Source: Glycera tridactyla (taxonomy: Eukaryota). From it: a stretch of DNA of 59,845 nucleotides. The translations under genes were made by a program, and so were the position numbers. Of this stretch, positions 25,601 to 39,900 are shown piece after piece (the stretch's first letter is position 1; each line of letters starts with the position of its first letter). The DNA lies in contig OZ286474.1 of the NCBI GenBank assembly GCA_965644265.1, forward strand, positions 48,608,001-48,667,845. The letters run 5' to 3'. The notes under the pieces were generated by a model. That model searched no databases. It was not told the DNA's origin and worked only from the letters and a program-made list of their open reading frames with translations.

Positions 25601-28600
25601 TGTAGTGAGGAACATGAGTGTGATGATGAATGTTACTGTGATGAGGAACATGGTTGTGATGATGAATGTGACTGTGATGAGGAACATGGTTGTGATGATG
25701 AATGTTACTGTGATGAGGAACATGAGTGTGATTATGAATGTTACTGTAATGAGGAACATGAGTGTGATTATGAATGTCACTGTGATTAGGAAGATGAGTG
25801 TGATTATGAACTTGATTGTGATTATAAACATGATCGTGCTGATGGACTCGGTATTAAGGTCGACATGATGATGAGGATGGATGTGTTTTTGGCGCAGGGA
25901 ATGTATGTTATGATAAATATGATTATGATGATAAATCTGATCCTGATGTTGAACAAGGTTGTGATAATTAGCAGTGATTGTGATATCGAACGTGGTTGTG
26001 ACGATGAACAGGACAGTGTTGATGAACATTATGAATTTGATGTGAATCCCGATGATAATGATAAACGTCGGAGAAGAATCGATCTCCCTTGCACCCTTTC
26101 AGTTCGGTGACCACGAACATACCCGCAAGTGTTAAAGCATATACCTGAATGTCCAAGAATGTCCCTCCACTATATATACATTCCCGAGCATATCTTGAAT
26201 CATTTGCACCAAGGTACAATTCTGAGTATGAGATCTCTTAGCCTCATCAGTAACCATCATTAGTTAGAGGTCGAAGAAAGAATCGTACAATCCACTCCTG
26301 CTGTTGGTGAATAGAATTGTCAACCTCTGATTCCATCACTTTTATGTTTCCGTTTGTGGGATAATTCTATTACTTGCATGTATTACTGGCCTTCATACGA
26401 ATTGTTCATTCCTATTAGGGTTAGGGTTGGGGTTAGGGTTGGGTTTGGGTTAGGTTTAGGGTTAGGGTTAGGGTAAGGGTTAGGGAGCTACAAATAGAAA
26501 TGTGATTCTATCTTGTGTGATTGTTATTACGTGTTTTCTGTTTTCAGACTGACAAGAGGGTCATACACATATTTGTCGTAGGTTATTCTGCATCGATATT
26601 AGCACTCGTCATATCCCTATTTATATTTTTCTACTTCAGGTGAGTCATCGAAAATTATTCTATCGTTCTTACCCTACGTTTTAGAGATCATTTCATGATA
26701 CCAGTCCGTAATTTAATTCTCAGCAGTGATATATTCATACAGGACGGAGACATGAACTTTGAAACTATCCTGAGGCAGTATATATGAGCACAACGCAAAC
26801 ATCTCTACATATTGCAAGTTATTCTGAGTGTATCGTTATCCATCTCTGACTACTATTTCAAACTTGTCTCTGATTAATCTATGTCCTCTGGATATCCATG
26901 TATAACGAATAGCCGAAATCATGTCAAATATGATCGTTCGATTATTCTATGTATGAAGAGATGAACGCTGAGAACAGAGTTTAATGTGAGTTATCGAGAA
27001 TAGACACACACTTCTCACAGTAGCAGTCTCGTTTGCATTAGAAAGACACTTTATGAATGATATGAATAACACTCCAAAGTTGAGTATGGATCGCTACAAT
27101 ACCGGACTAATGGAAGTTTGATTCATTTATTTTTTTGATCCCTTACGAGAGACTGTGATAATCTTTGGTCCTGTCGACTATGTAATGAGCATCTTGATCC
27201 TAGTCTGAGCTAGTGCTTCCAGATCAAATGGTCGAGAATATAAGATTCGACAAATGAATCATTCTGTTCACAGGAAGCGTGTTTGGTGGAGGCTTTCAAA
27301 GTGAATCAGTTTTCACACTCTGGAAATCGTTTTGTTTGTCAGCATGTCTGTTTTCATGGTATTCACTGTGATCACCTATGTACTGGCCGAGTACTGAATG
27401 ATAGAGTTGAAACATGTCCAGCTCATTGCTGACTGATGAATTATGCACCAGCATCCTCATCCAAATTCACTTCCATGCATCCTGCCAGGCACTTTCAATG
27501 CATTGCTTGGAGATTGAAACCCCTTTTTTTACATCTCGTGCATACATCGGCCCATTCAATGCACCGACACCGTATGGTCATTGCCAAAAGGGACAGCTGA
27601 AATGGCACTGGGAGAGATCCCTTCCAATGCCTTTAGCATGGGAGTTGCAATGGATGTAGCCGGGGGCTGAAGTGATGAGCCCCAGTCAGCATTCATGTTG
27701 GCCCCTCGAGTCTTGAATATTGCCGAGATCACAGTATGGTTCTCTGTCTGAAATGGCATTTTGAGTAGCTGATTTTCAATATCATTTCACATTCCGGCTG
27801 GAGACTGAGAAGGAGGATTGTGGAAGATCCCACGCATTCCTCTGCTCTCTCACACATTTCTAAGATAGCTGAATTCGAACGAGTACACTCGGTCAAATAC
27901 TTGGGTATCAGGCTGGATCCGCATTTATGAAATCAACGGGAGGAATAAAAAGGAGACTCAGCCTTCCGCGGAGTCTTCGCTAAGTGATTGACACCAAATT
28001 GGTGCCATATCTTCCCAGAACAAGTGTTGCCCCTCTTCAGTTATGGAAAGGTGATCTACCGGCGGTACCACCAATGAACAGCTACGTAAATTAAACGTTC
28101 TTTTGAATTCAGGCCTCAGGGCAGAGGCAAGGACTCTCACTGTTGAGCTATATAAGGAATTCGGAATCTATCCTCTCTTGGTAGCACATGAAATACACGT
28201 AGCTAGCGAGTGTTTCAAATTGAACAACAGGACCTATTCAGAAAAATCAAGGAATCTTCATGTGGAACCTTCCGCAACTAATGCACGATGTACTCGCTCA
28301 TCGACGAACGGAACACTGGAACTACTTCAAACACGTCTCCATAACTTCATCATTAGAGGGGGCAAAGTATGGAATTCGCCCCCAACTGAAATTAAACATG
28401 CACCTTCTTTTTGCATTGAACAAATTCGATCTGAGTGGATACGTTGTATTACTCATGAGTGATATGAGATGCGAAAGCATCCTGAAGTCACATTCTCTTC
28501 CCTGGAGTGAATAAAGGCTATCATCATCATCATCATCTACCCAAACCAAATGCTCATCAGATGCATATTTCCTTCGTATATGACAAATATTACCCCATCC

Positions 28601-31600
28601 ATCACATCCTCCTTTCGGCAGTCGTCGAAGTGGCCATGTAGCTTTCGTATTCTTTGAACCGAATCAGCACTTCAGTCGGTTGCCGACCTAATACGATAGT
28701 GTGTGACTATCATCTCATCAATGGTCAATCTCGGGACAGGATAGAATATTAGTGTTCTAGGGGCTCCAACAAAGATAACTTATCTGAACAAGAGCCATTT
28801 CAAGTTTCATATCGGTTGCAGAAAGTCCGTGACCAATTCGTTCTCAAAATGTGTTCGATGTGCTTTTTTCAGACAGCTGCAATGCGATCGCGTGACATTA
28901 CATAAGAATCTATTTATATCGTATATATTGAATGGCGTAGTCTGGATACTGTATTATACGCTAGCGGCTCTTGACGGCGAGGTTCTCAGCTCCAATCCGG
29001 TGAGTCTTTTCAACAAGTCATTCACTGATGTCCTGCAGCAGGAGGGAGTACATGGATAGGGTGGAGGTCGATGGATAGAAAAAACGATGTTTGATTAATG
29101 GTTTGATGAATCTATGGATGCATGGATAGATGGATGGATGGATGAGTGGGTGGACAGCTGGGGGAGGGGTGTATTCAGGTTAAATGGACGGATGGATGAG
29201 TAGGTGGGTGGGCGTGTGTGGATTGTAGAATTGACAGACAAACTAACAGACAAACAGACAGACACACAGTCAGACAGACATATGTCGATCAAAAAATAGA
29301 GAATCGGTGGCTAGATGATGAATAGAAGAATACATTGAAGGATGGATGGATGGACAGATGGATATGTGGATGAATGGATGGGTAGCGGGGCATGGGTGAT
29401 CATATGGGTGGACGGTGCATATGGAAGAAATCAACATGTCATTGCAGCGAAGAAAACTTGCGAGTGGCTCAGATCGGGAACTCATGGTTAAGATTACCAA
29501 CTAACATCTTATCCAGTGCGAGCGGGTGCAAGATCCGCTTTGGCACAATCACAGATATCTCATATATCTTATCACTATACTATTATGTTTCAGTACTGGT
29601 GCCAGGCGCTACATGTGGTGACGCAGTATTTAATAGCGTGTAATTTCTGTTGGATGTTCTGTGAGGGCTTCTATCTTCATACTGTCATCGTAGTGGCGTT
29701 CACCACAGGGAAAACTCTGCTCCTCAGCTGCTATGTCATCGGATGGGGTACGTACGCTATCAAAATCGCGACCCAGACAGACAGACAGAAAGACAGACAG
29801 GTAGACAGACGCGAGTCAGGTCATTGGACGGTTCATGGCAAGATGGCCTTTTAGATAGATGCATGGATGAATGGATGTTTGGATGGATAGTTGAGTTGGA
29901 TGGATGGATTGATAGATGAAAAGATAGATAAATCCTCAGACGGTTGGATGGATTGACGACCGGGGAGCGAATGGGTTGATGAAGGAAATAGTACATGGGT
30001 AGATGAATGGACGGACAGATGATTGACTGAAATGCCATGATGCGTAGATATATTCGAAGAGCATAGCCAATCATTCAATTGGATGTTCCTCTATGTATTC
30101 TCTGGGACTCGGATAGGCTCAGGCCAATCTACAGATGTCTGATGAATTTGTCAGGAATACCGTGGTGCAATGAATTCACATTATTACGCAGGTTGAAACG
30201 ATGCCGTAGCAATCAATCCAGCACACCCTGGCATGGTACCGTATCGTTCAAAATGACGGACGGACGGACAACTAGACCCTTATCTAATGACAGAAAAAAG
30301 GCGGACCATACAGTCTTCCACTCACTGACCTACAACTCAGTAATTTGCGGTAATTGGCAGTGTTCACATATTTGGGCATATTTGCGTGATATGCATATGG
30401 CTCTGATGTGGATGGCCAGCTTGCTTGACTCGAGACCTCAGGGAATGTGTGTATATATGCTGCTTGCATCTCCTACCATGCTGTCACAAATTATTACGCT
30501 CTCCATATCTCCACCCACATATTTGTTACAGCTGTTCCCATGGTAACAACCATCATATACACCGCCACTCGAGCCATCAAGCCGGAGGAAAGAATAAAGT
30601 ATGTCTCTCTTCATTTCTATCATGACTCATGTACCCTAGAATAATATTTCCATATAGTGAGCGTTCTATATGGTATGCTTTCATTACGGCCCTGATCACC
30701 GTAATTGTCAGGACGGCTGAGTTCCCATCTTAGCCTCAGAGAGTGGATTCCTGGGGCTGGATTCTCCACCAGATATATGTGTGGTACATATCCTTGTCAT
30801 CTTTTGCGATGCCATGACGTCTTCCCCTGGTGTTTGGTATTATTAGTGTCTCAACCTCTCTCATTAGCAAATTATTTCAATTACAATATTCTCCCATATA
30901 TGCATTCGATACTCATACAGCTGATTACATTCCGCCCTCTTTATAGTCATTTTCATTGTACAATAAATGTTTTTTTCTTCATAAAATCAATCATTCATGC
31001 CTTCACCAACCCACTTATCCATTAAATCCTTCACCCATCCATCCATCCATCCAGTCATCTATCCATCCACCACTTTCCACTTTTATACATGCACCTACTC
31101 ATTTATTCACCTATCCTACTTTTGTACCATTGTCGTCAAAGATATAGAATATATCCTGATGTCACCTTGTGCCTTCTACAGGTGCTGGATGAAAGAGAGC
31201 GAATTACAGTGGGTTGTACTTGGTCCAATTGTTGTAACAATAGCGGTAAGTGTCAACCTTTTGGTATTACAAATTATTTTTTCTCCTTCAGAATCAATTA
31301 GGCAGGGAATGAGGATAGATAACCATAGAAGATTGGCATCCAGATCTAGCACAATAAAAGCTAATCACAAAAACTGAAAAGACCGAAATTCCGAAATACT
31401 CACTTCATAAACTCGAATGTATGTTCACGCTTATGCCTGCATACGTCGATAATTGTTTGACTTTCTCTCACATGAGGTATTATATCCGTGAATTTACATT
31501 GACCCATGGCACAAGCTAGTTTCATTAGATGAGAAAAATTGCAATATGTCACACAAAACCTATATGTTTGCATATAACATATCTCATTGGAGCCGTGGTC

Positions 31601-33872
31601 ATATAAACTGGTGAAGTGAATAGAGGGAAGGAGCTTATTGAAGCTCCTTCTGATATATTCAGAAAGCCCTGATGACCAAGATGTTATTCACACATCGACA
31701 GCCTCTCTAACACTCATATCCTACACACTATTGATGTGGACAGAATTTCACTTCGAACTGATAAGTCAAGTATCCCTCTCACTGCTAGCTCAATGGCGAA
31801 CTTTTATGAATATATTGCTATAAAACACGAATATGTTCGAGCCATTTCACAAAAAGAATGGATGAATAAGTCGTAGCACATGCAGACAGTTTATTTGTAC
31901 CTATCCATTCTCACATAGACAGAGTCGTGAAAAAGTGAAACTAAAATAGTTCGAAGCACTACTATTGTCTGATCAGTGCACAAGAGTTATCGTCCACGGT
32001 GTTCTATTTGTTTCAGTTGAATTTTGCCTTTTTGTGTAATATAGTACGGGTACTGGTGACAAAGATCCGCGCTATAAACTCCCCCGATACGAATCAGACA
32101 AGGTGAGTTCGATTTTTCCATAGGTTTACGGAATTTTCAGTTATGATATTGTTAATATCATATATCTTCATGACTTTTTTCACCGGTACAATCGAATTTG
32201 CATGTACTACTTCCCTTCTGTCTTCGCAGAAATAACTCGATAAAAATTAGAGGACCAACGTGTTTTATACTGATCTAATAGTGACATGAAACCTTGGTGG
32301 CCAATAAGTCCCGATGATACAAACCTATATCAAGGATCAAAATCTTTCAAGATAACCTTTCGACGAAAACGATTGCAGGGAGGATAGAATATGTCCTCGA
32401 ACTTTGCCCATTCTTCGGAGCTGTTCTGTATCTCAAATTCAAGGTTTCACTATCACTTCACGCAGAGGAGACTGAAATGATGTATCAAGAAGCATACTGA
32501 ATCCCACCATCAACTGAGACTGATGTAGATGTTATGAGGTGATATGGTAATATTCGAGAACCACAAAAACGATGATCACTTTTATACTGTTGAATGCATT
32601 CATCCCACAAAAAATTAAATCAAGGCAACACTCAAAAGATAGATATATGAAAGTGAAAAAGGGATAATGTGTTGGTGTCAGTCGAAGTAGAACAAGGAAC
32701 AATTTTATCCTGTAGTATCTCTGTCGAAGTTGAGCAGCAAGTTATTCCGTACAGCAATAGAAGCATGTAAATAAATGAGCTAATCACGTATCTAGCGTAG
32801 AGATGGGACGAAATATCAGCAGTAACAGATGTATGATGAGTGGGGGATTGGGCTTATGTGCATCACTAAATGATTAGCGTATATTGGGGAACAACATTAT
32901 TCAACACTAGTCTTATGGAAGCAGAGTAGGCGAAAATCATGTGCAGATTGTGTATGCACGTGAATATAGCAGAGGGATATTCTGTGTCGTGAAATGTGCT
33001 TGTAAGTGGAGCAGGGATTTTTTCAAAATTCTCAGTTCAATCTCCCACATTCTTAGTGTTACATAGGTGAATGGCGGAAATAAATTCCATGGAATGTTTT
33101 GGAACCAATTATGTAGTCATCCCCTTAAAATTAAAGTAGATTCCAGTTAGTCACATACATTATGCAATATAAACATTATTGAATATATACATTCGGAACT
33201 ATTTCAACGCTTTCGTAAGAATATACGAGTATGGCGGAAAAACCAATAAGACATTTCCTGCTTGTTTTCAACTCCAATCCAAGTCAAAGCATCATTTGAT
33301 ATGCAATGCAACATGTATAACTGTAAAACATCGAGATACTCTTTGTAGTTCCGAACAAAGGAATCGACATCTCTCATTGCTGATGATTCAATGTTGAATT
33401 TCTATAACTATGGGAACAGTGATGCAAGGGTCACTCCATGAAAGTGTCCATCGTCAGTTGAAGGGAAGACCACAATATGTTCATCAGGCGTCTTCATTAC
33501 AGGCCGCTGCCAGAAACCAGGTTTGCTTATTCGTTGTTATTGCGAGATAATCCGCCGAGCAGACAGATTATGCCGCCTCTAAGCCTGTCTTCTCTGATCA
33601 CAAACTAACTCAAGGCTGCTTAGTTACAATCAGCATCATGCAGAATAAGATCAGCACTTCAAGGCGACTGGATGAGATGGCAATGCCATTGCCGTGATTG
33701 CAAGGAGCCTGTTAGTTGATACTGATTCCATCCAGCTAGAAAATGAGTCATCTGAGCTGCAGAATTGGAGGTGTTTGATGTCAGCAAGATTATCAAAGCC
33801 TGGTGTCGGGCATGCAGCAAGCAACCAACGCTAACACACCCACACAAACACACACGCGCACACAGACAAACA

Positions 33873-33918
<46 letters not shown>

Positions 33919-36900
33919 CGCACACAAACACACACAGGCACACACCTAGTGCACTTCTTCTCGTATCATGTCCTTTGCACAATGCATAGACCAATCCGAA
34001 AAAAATGTATCGGTTGTGCAGGCCGAAATTCTGCTTCTTATAGAGGTTGAACTCATGACCTCAGAGTGGAGCAGTCATCAGCTAACCTCACATGCAATTG
34101 CATCTGTGGTCGCTCACCCAATTTAAGAACGACACAGGTGCTCATACAAACATTTTCATGTAAAAAAACGTGTGCGTGACATGTCTCAAAGCCATTAGGT
34201 CAATACAAGGAGTCTATTGTCAAGTTCAGTTTTTTTTTTCATTTTGCCCCAGGCAGAACACCATTGTCAGCAACTCTCCAAGCTCTCCTACCCACTGCAC
34301 ATACTCACACACATATATACATCGATACACACCGCGATTTTCTGGAAGAGACCTGTCAGAACCTGATAAATGGTGGACCGCTGTCAGATCTTCCTGAAAC
34401 CACATGCTCAGCTAACGGAAACTTTGAGCACATACTTCAAGCATAGCATGTGACATCATCATGGCAGGTACAAAAAGTGGCCTCATTTTCCTCTATCCAT
34501 CTCGGAAAACTATATAATATGAAGAGTCTTATTGGTTATCAATCTGATAACGACCCATACTGACATTGGTGCGCACATGCCATGCACGCAGATACGCATA
34601 CACATGCATACACACATATATTCATGGACTATCCTTTTTTACTTCGAAGTGTTTCAAAAAGCAACTACTTCTCCACGTTGAATGATGGTTCAAATCTACA
34701 CAGTCAACTCGGTTTTTCAATTATATCGTCAGATACCCATGATAATATCATTGCACATCATGTTCCTCAATCGTATCCACCAAAGATCAGGTGTCACGAA
34801 AATGGGACCTGATTTCGAAATTTGTATTACCATTACTAGGCTACAATCGTACTGAACTTGTAGGTGGATTTTACCATCCAAATGAATGACACTGGACAAA
34901 TCTATATACGAATTGTGCAAGGAAATATGCATTCAGCTACAAGCAACAAATTGAGGATACTTTTCCAGTAGACTCACAGCTGCCCAGAAACCACACAAAT
35001 GCCCACTCCGTATGCCCCTTAGTCCGTTGGTGGAATTTTCATCCAATCGTGGGGCTTGTTTCCTGCTCAGTGGCATCAAGATTGGAACAAGGGGATGTTT
35101 TATTTATCTCGCACATGAATATACATACAAAGATCACTTGCAGGACATGACCGCTGATTCTCTTTATCATATTTCGATTGCGGATACATGATACTGGATT
35201 ATCAGAAGGTAATGCATGATTCTGTATCTATCGAGTTCATGGATCTGTATTTTTCCAGAATCATGGGTGTATGTGTTCATCCTAATCAACCTTACCTAAT
35301 CAAATATTTTCTCAACACTACCTTCAAACGCATGCTGTCCAAAGATAAATGGACCATACGTCAGTGATAATTTGAGGATATGATGTCAATATGTATCAAC
35401 AGACTATGTCACTGATGCCAATCGAGTTGATGAACAAGAATTGGGTGATAGAACCTTACATATGTCAGAATATATTGAAAAATATTTCACTTTTCGAACC
35501 CATCTTGTTATATGACCAGTAGGCATCAAACATCTATATACCTTTAAATGACGTACTAACAGGATGACCTATTAATCACAGGGATCTCGTTTTTTTTCTA
35601 TCTTGATTGTTACACAATGTCAGATTATCATCAAATCTTCTGGGGTCACTCTCGGACCTTCGTGGATGTTCTGAAATGATTTCGATCGAGTTTGTCAGTC
35701 GCCCGATCATGCAAATGTATAAGTCTAACGATAAATCGTGCCCCTTTTCTTGAGATTCACCCTGCCATCTGATTTCGCACCAATTACAGAATCATGCACT
35801 GCCCTCAATCACACAAATTCTATTCCCGGGTACTCAAGGAGGGGACTTCTTCACTCTTGCATCGTATACATGGTGACATACACTTTTTTTCTTAAAGTTT
35901 TAAGGTCCTTATCTTGGGAAATTTCCTTTTGGTATTCGACAAAAGAATAGGTAAATCACATTGTATCCTATCACATAATATACCATATCACAATTGTAGA
36001 GTTCATCACATGCACGCCTTCCTAACCTTTTTGCTTCTTTTCACTTCCAGGCTGAAGCGCCTAAGGTTTGTCATGAACATATATTCAGAGAATAAGTGCC
36101 CCTGTGGGCCAGTTCATCCATCCATGTTTATACACCACTATCTCCTGGCCAAGTGAAATATGACACTGTTGAACAAAATACAATCCAATTCCATCAGAAT
36201 ACTTACCTTTTCAATGGTTATCTTTATCAAATAGAATATCAAGCATTTCCGAAGATACGGATGATTGATGATTTTATATTCATCAAATGAATTATCCAAT
36301 TTGCAGGTGATGAAGAATTCATTTTTTCAACATTTCATACCCAAATACAAGATAATTAACATGGGTGGATCGAGTCACGGTAGAATGCATCAAGGCAGAT
36401 AAGAGTCTCCTCTTGCTTCCAAATATCATATATTCACTGACTTAGTATGGCAAGTTATGGTAGCTAGGTGAGGAAGGTTGACTGGTTGGGGTCACTTTGA
36501 TTTATCAATCCGAAAAAGGGGAGGGACGTAATGCATGATTGGTGGGAAGATGCAGAGAGTGACTCAACATGGGGTCTCTGAGGATTTTGAAAAGCCAGCG
36601 AGGGCCCAAATGCAATCGATCAAAGTTACCACGAAGAGTGATTATAAACTACATTAATTTTCCTAATGAAACAAAAGGTCGAAGAGTCTCGCATGATTCT
36701 CCCACTATTGCATAGGAGACTCATCATTGGTGAGAAGCGGTTGGGGAGTGTATTCTTGGTCGGTCAAGCAATGCCTCGTCAGCAGTTGTCTGGCTGTATT
36801 GAGACGAAAATGCAATGGTCATTGTTGGGATGATTTCGCCTTCCCTGAACCTCGTAGAACCTGCAATGATATGAAAGTCATAGATTTATAAGAAGTCCTT

Positions 36901-39900
36901 GCACATCCTTTTTCCCGTTTCAAAGATGACCACAGTTGACCAATCAAGCGAACAGTTGGATGATCCACCGGCTTTTCGCATCTCTGCAGGATGTGAGAAT
37001 CATCATCCTCCTGCATCATTCCCTGTTGTGGATTCAGAATGGTTCCTGTAAATTTTAAGGTGAACTACCCGCTAAAAGATCAGCAACAACTTGTTTTCGG
37101 GAGGGGGCTCACCTGATGTCTTGCCTTCCCTCTGAGAGAAATATTGGCTATCACGTATCCAATTGTCATTAAAGCTCACTGATGAAGTATCCAGATAACC
37201 GCGGTCATGGGTAAAGACACCGATCAACCATAGCTACCATATGTGCTGCACTAATCATCTTCAAATAATGACGCACATGATACGTGTATTGGAAGTGTTC
37301 TGAATTGCATTATGGTATAAGACACATCATCAAAGTTCAGGAATATGAACGAGCCTAAAGTCCGGACATGCAGTCAACCTTTAGAGCAAGTCCGACAGAC
37401 CAGTGTGAATACATATGACATCAAGACTTCATGTGAATATATACATGATCTACGCACATCATTCGGAATAAGTGAGGATTTTTTGATCTCATAATTGGAA
37501 TGCTGGTTACCATCGATTTGTCCTCCTATGTAGTCAAAAGTTACATTGAATAATATGTTTGGTTTGAATTTGATATTCATTCGAGAATGACACATACTAA
37601 CAATGATGCATGAGTGCATGGATGAATGCATTGCCCTGACTAAGATAGCCTAGAGGGATGCGTTAAAGAGCAGACATTGCATAAATCTAGAAAATGTCAT
37701 AGACCTCTTTGCGATAGAAAGGTATATAACGTATATTCCATGACATACATAACAAAAGTTTTCTGTGTCTTTTCAAAAATATAGCTGGATTCAATGAGGG
37801 CGGTTGGGGTATGACCAATCTGATTGAGTTTCATGCTTCAATATCTTTTGTGCACATATCAATCGAACATGGTGTGACGGAATTTGGATGTCAAATATAT
37901 ACTAATTGATGGGACATGATAGTTGTATTAGGTCAACATCTGTTGTCCTCGATTCGGCTCATGCTTTTTGATGTACTTATTACTCATGATATATACATTC
38001 CCTTCATTATTTCTTGTGCTTCAACCTCAATGAGATATGTCCTACTCACTTCGGTTTATCGGGAAACCTACACACTGATAATCTCCCTCTTCTCATTCAT
38101 CACATATGGAAAGTCATAAGTGTATACCCAACATTGTCGTTAAGGCATGTACCCGAAAGCTAAGCAGGAGATCAACTGTATTACTAATTGATGAAGACTG
38201 ATACGGTTGAAAAAGTCTGCATGGACCGAAGCCTCCTCATAGATATGAACAATTTCTTTCGGGTGGAGATGCGAAGAGAGTGAAATCACACTTTACCCAG
38301 CAGCTGTCTCCAACTCGCTATGAGTCCCACATTCTGCGATCATTACCAGCCATCATATCACGCACAAGATAAGGGCCTGAGTCATAAAACACTAACCGAC
38401 AAGCCTACAATTATTCAAGATGTTATTCTACCGTATTGTGAATCTAAGGGACAATTATTCCATCAGATTTGATTAAGAGAATATTCCCTGCATGAGACCG
38501 ATGAAAACAAAGCTTCCGAAGCCGAATAAAAGATATAATGTTATACTGACGTCACGGAAGCTTGATGAGGATGCTATAGATATCAGTCCTAAGAAAATTA
38601 TTCCCTATAGCGAATACATCTGACACCGATGACGAGAAAGTTACTTGAAGAAATACTTTGAGAATGTATTCTTAGCAGACTAATCTCCCACTTTAGACAG
38701 AGCATGTGTGGAGGATGTACCGATGGTGAATGCTGATCTGCTGATGTTGATTTGTTGATGTAGGAAAGCCGTCCGGGCCACGTTGATCCTCATTCCTCTG
38801 CTTGGTCTACAGTACATCCTGCTACCATTTCGACCCGATGAGAGCTCCCATCTGTTCAGTATCTACCTCCATGTGTCAGCCTTAGTCACCTCGTCACAGG
38901 TAAGGAAGATATACACCATGTTTTATTACAGTCCTCATCACTATATCTGCAAATTTTGCGACTGATGTCACTGTTAGAGCTGACGGTGGTAGATTGATGA
39001 TTGCTGGTTCGGTTGGGTGCTTGGAAGGTTGACGAGTTAAGTGAATCACATTGTCTGAGCACCGGGGGGTTAAATTGACACCCGCATTATGGGTTCCTAA
39101 TAGGAGTGTTGCTTGTGGTGTTTGTGTTGGTGGTGTTGGTTGCGTTGGTTTGGATGGTGGTAATGGTGGTGNNNNNNNNNNNNNNNNNNNNNNNNNNNNN
39201 NNNNNNNNNNNNNNNNNNNNNNNNNNNNNNNNNNNNNNNNNNNNNNNNNNNNNNNNNNNNNNNNNNNNNNNNNNNNNNNNNNNNNNNNNNNNNNNNNNNN
39301 NNNNNNNNNNNNNNNNNNTCGTTGCCTTGATTTTCTGTTTCTTCAACGGTGAGGTGAGTATCATGATAACAAGAATTCCTACCATTTTGGGAATATCACG
39401 ATTTATCTAATGTTCACATAACGCATTTTAACAACGGTGATCCAAAACGTAGTGAATGTGCAATCCATGGCGACTTTTTTCTCATCAGTATCATAATCAA
39501 AATGACTCAACTCATAACCATTTTTCCCATCAGTGATTGTCATGTTCTCGATTAGTGTCATAATCTTCGTTGTCGTCAGTTATTGTCATAATTTTTGTCG
39601 TCGTCGTCGTCGTCGTCGTCGTCATATTCGTCTTTGTCATTGTAATTGCCGTCATCGTCGTCATCATCCTCGTCGTCGTCGCCTTCTCCATCGTTCCCTT
39701 CTCAACATCATAGCTGTCGCCACCGTCATTCACATCAATTTCACGATTACCATCATTAGCATCATCGCTTTCATCGCCATCATCATCGCCATCTTCATCG
39801 TTCCTTTTTCTATCATCGTCGCCGTCGCCCTCGCCACCGTCATCTACATCATTTGCTTTGATCATTATCATCATCGCCGTTATCATCAATATCTTCTCGA

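Noticed and set aside
25140-25789. 36-bp repeat array as a CRISPR array
   Set aside because: The units are head to tail with no unique spacers, there are no cas genes, and the context is a eukaryotic intron
25046-26029. 327-aa minus-strand ORF ([12 protein letters not shown])n and 242-aa plus-strand ORF 25140-25868
   Set aside because: These are alternative frames of the same minisatellite and are open only because the unit lacks stops in those frames
34045-34095. tRNA gene or tRNA-derived head (ggttgaactcatgacctcag)
   Set aside because: Only a B-box-like fragment is present and no cloverleaf can be built; at most a decayed SINE
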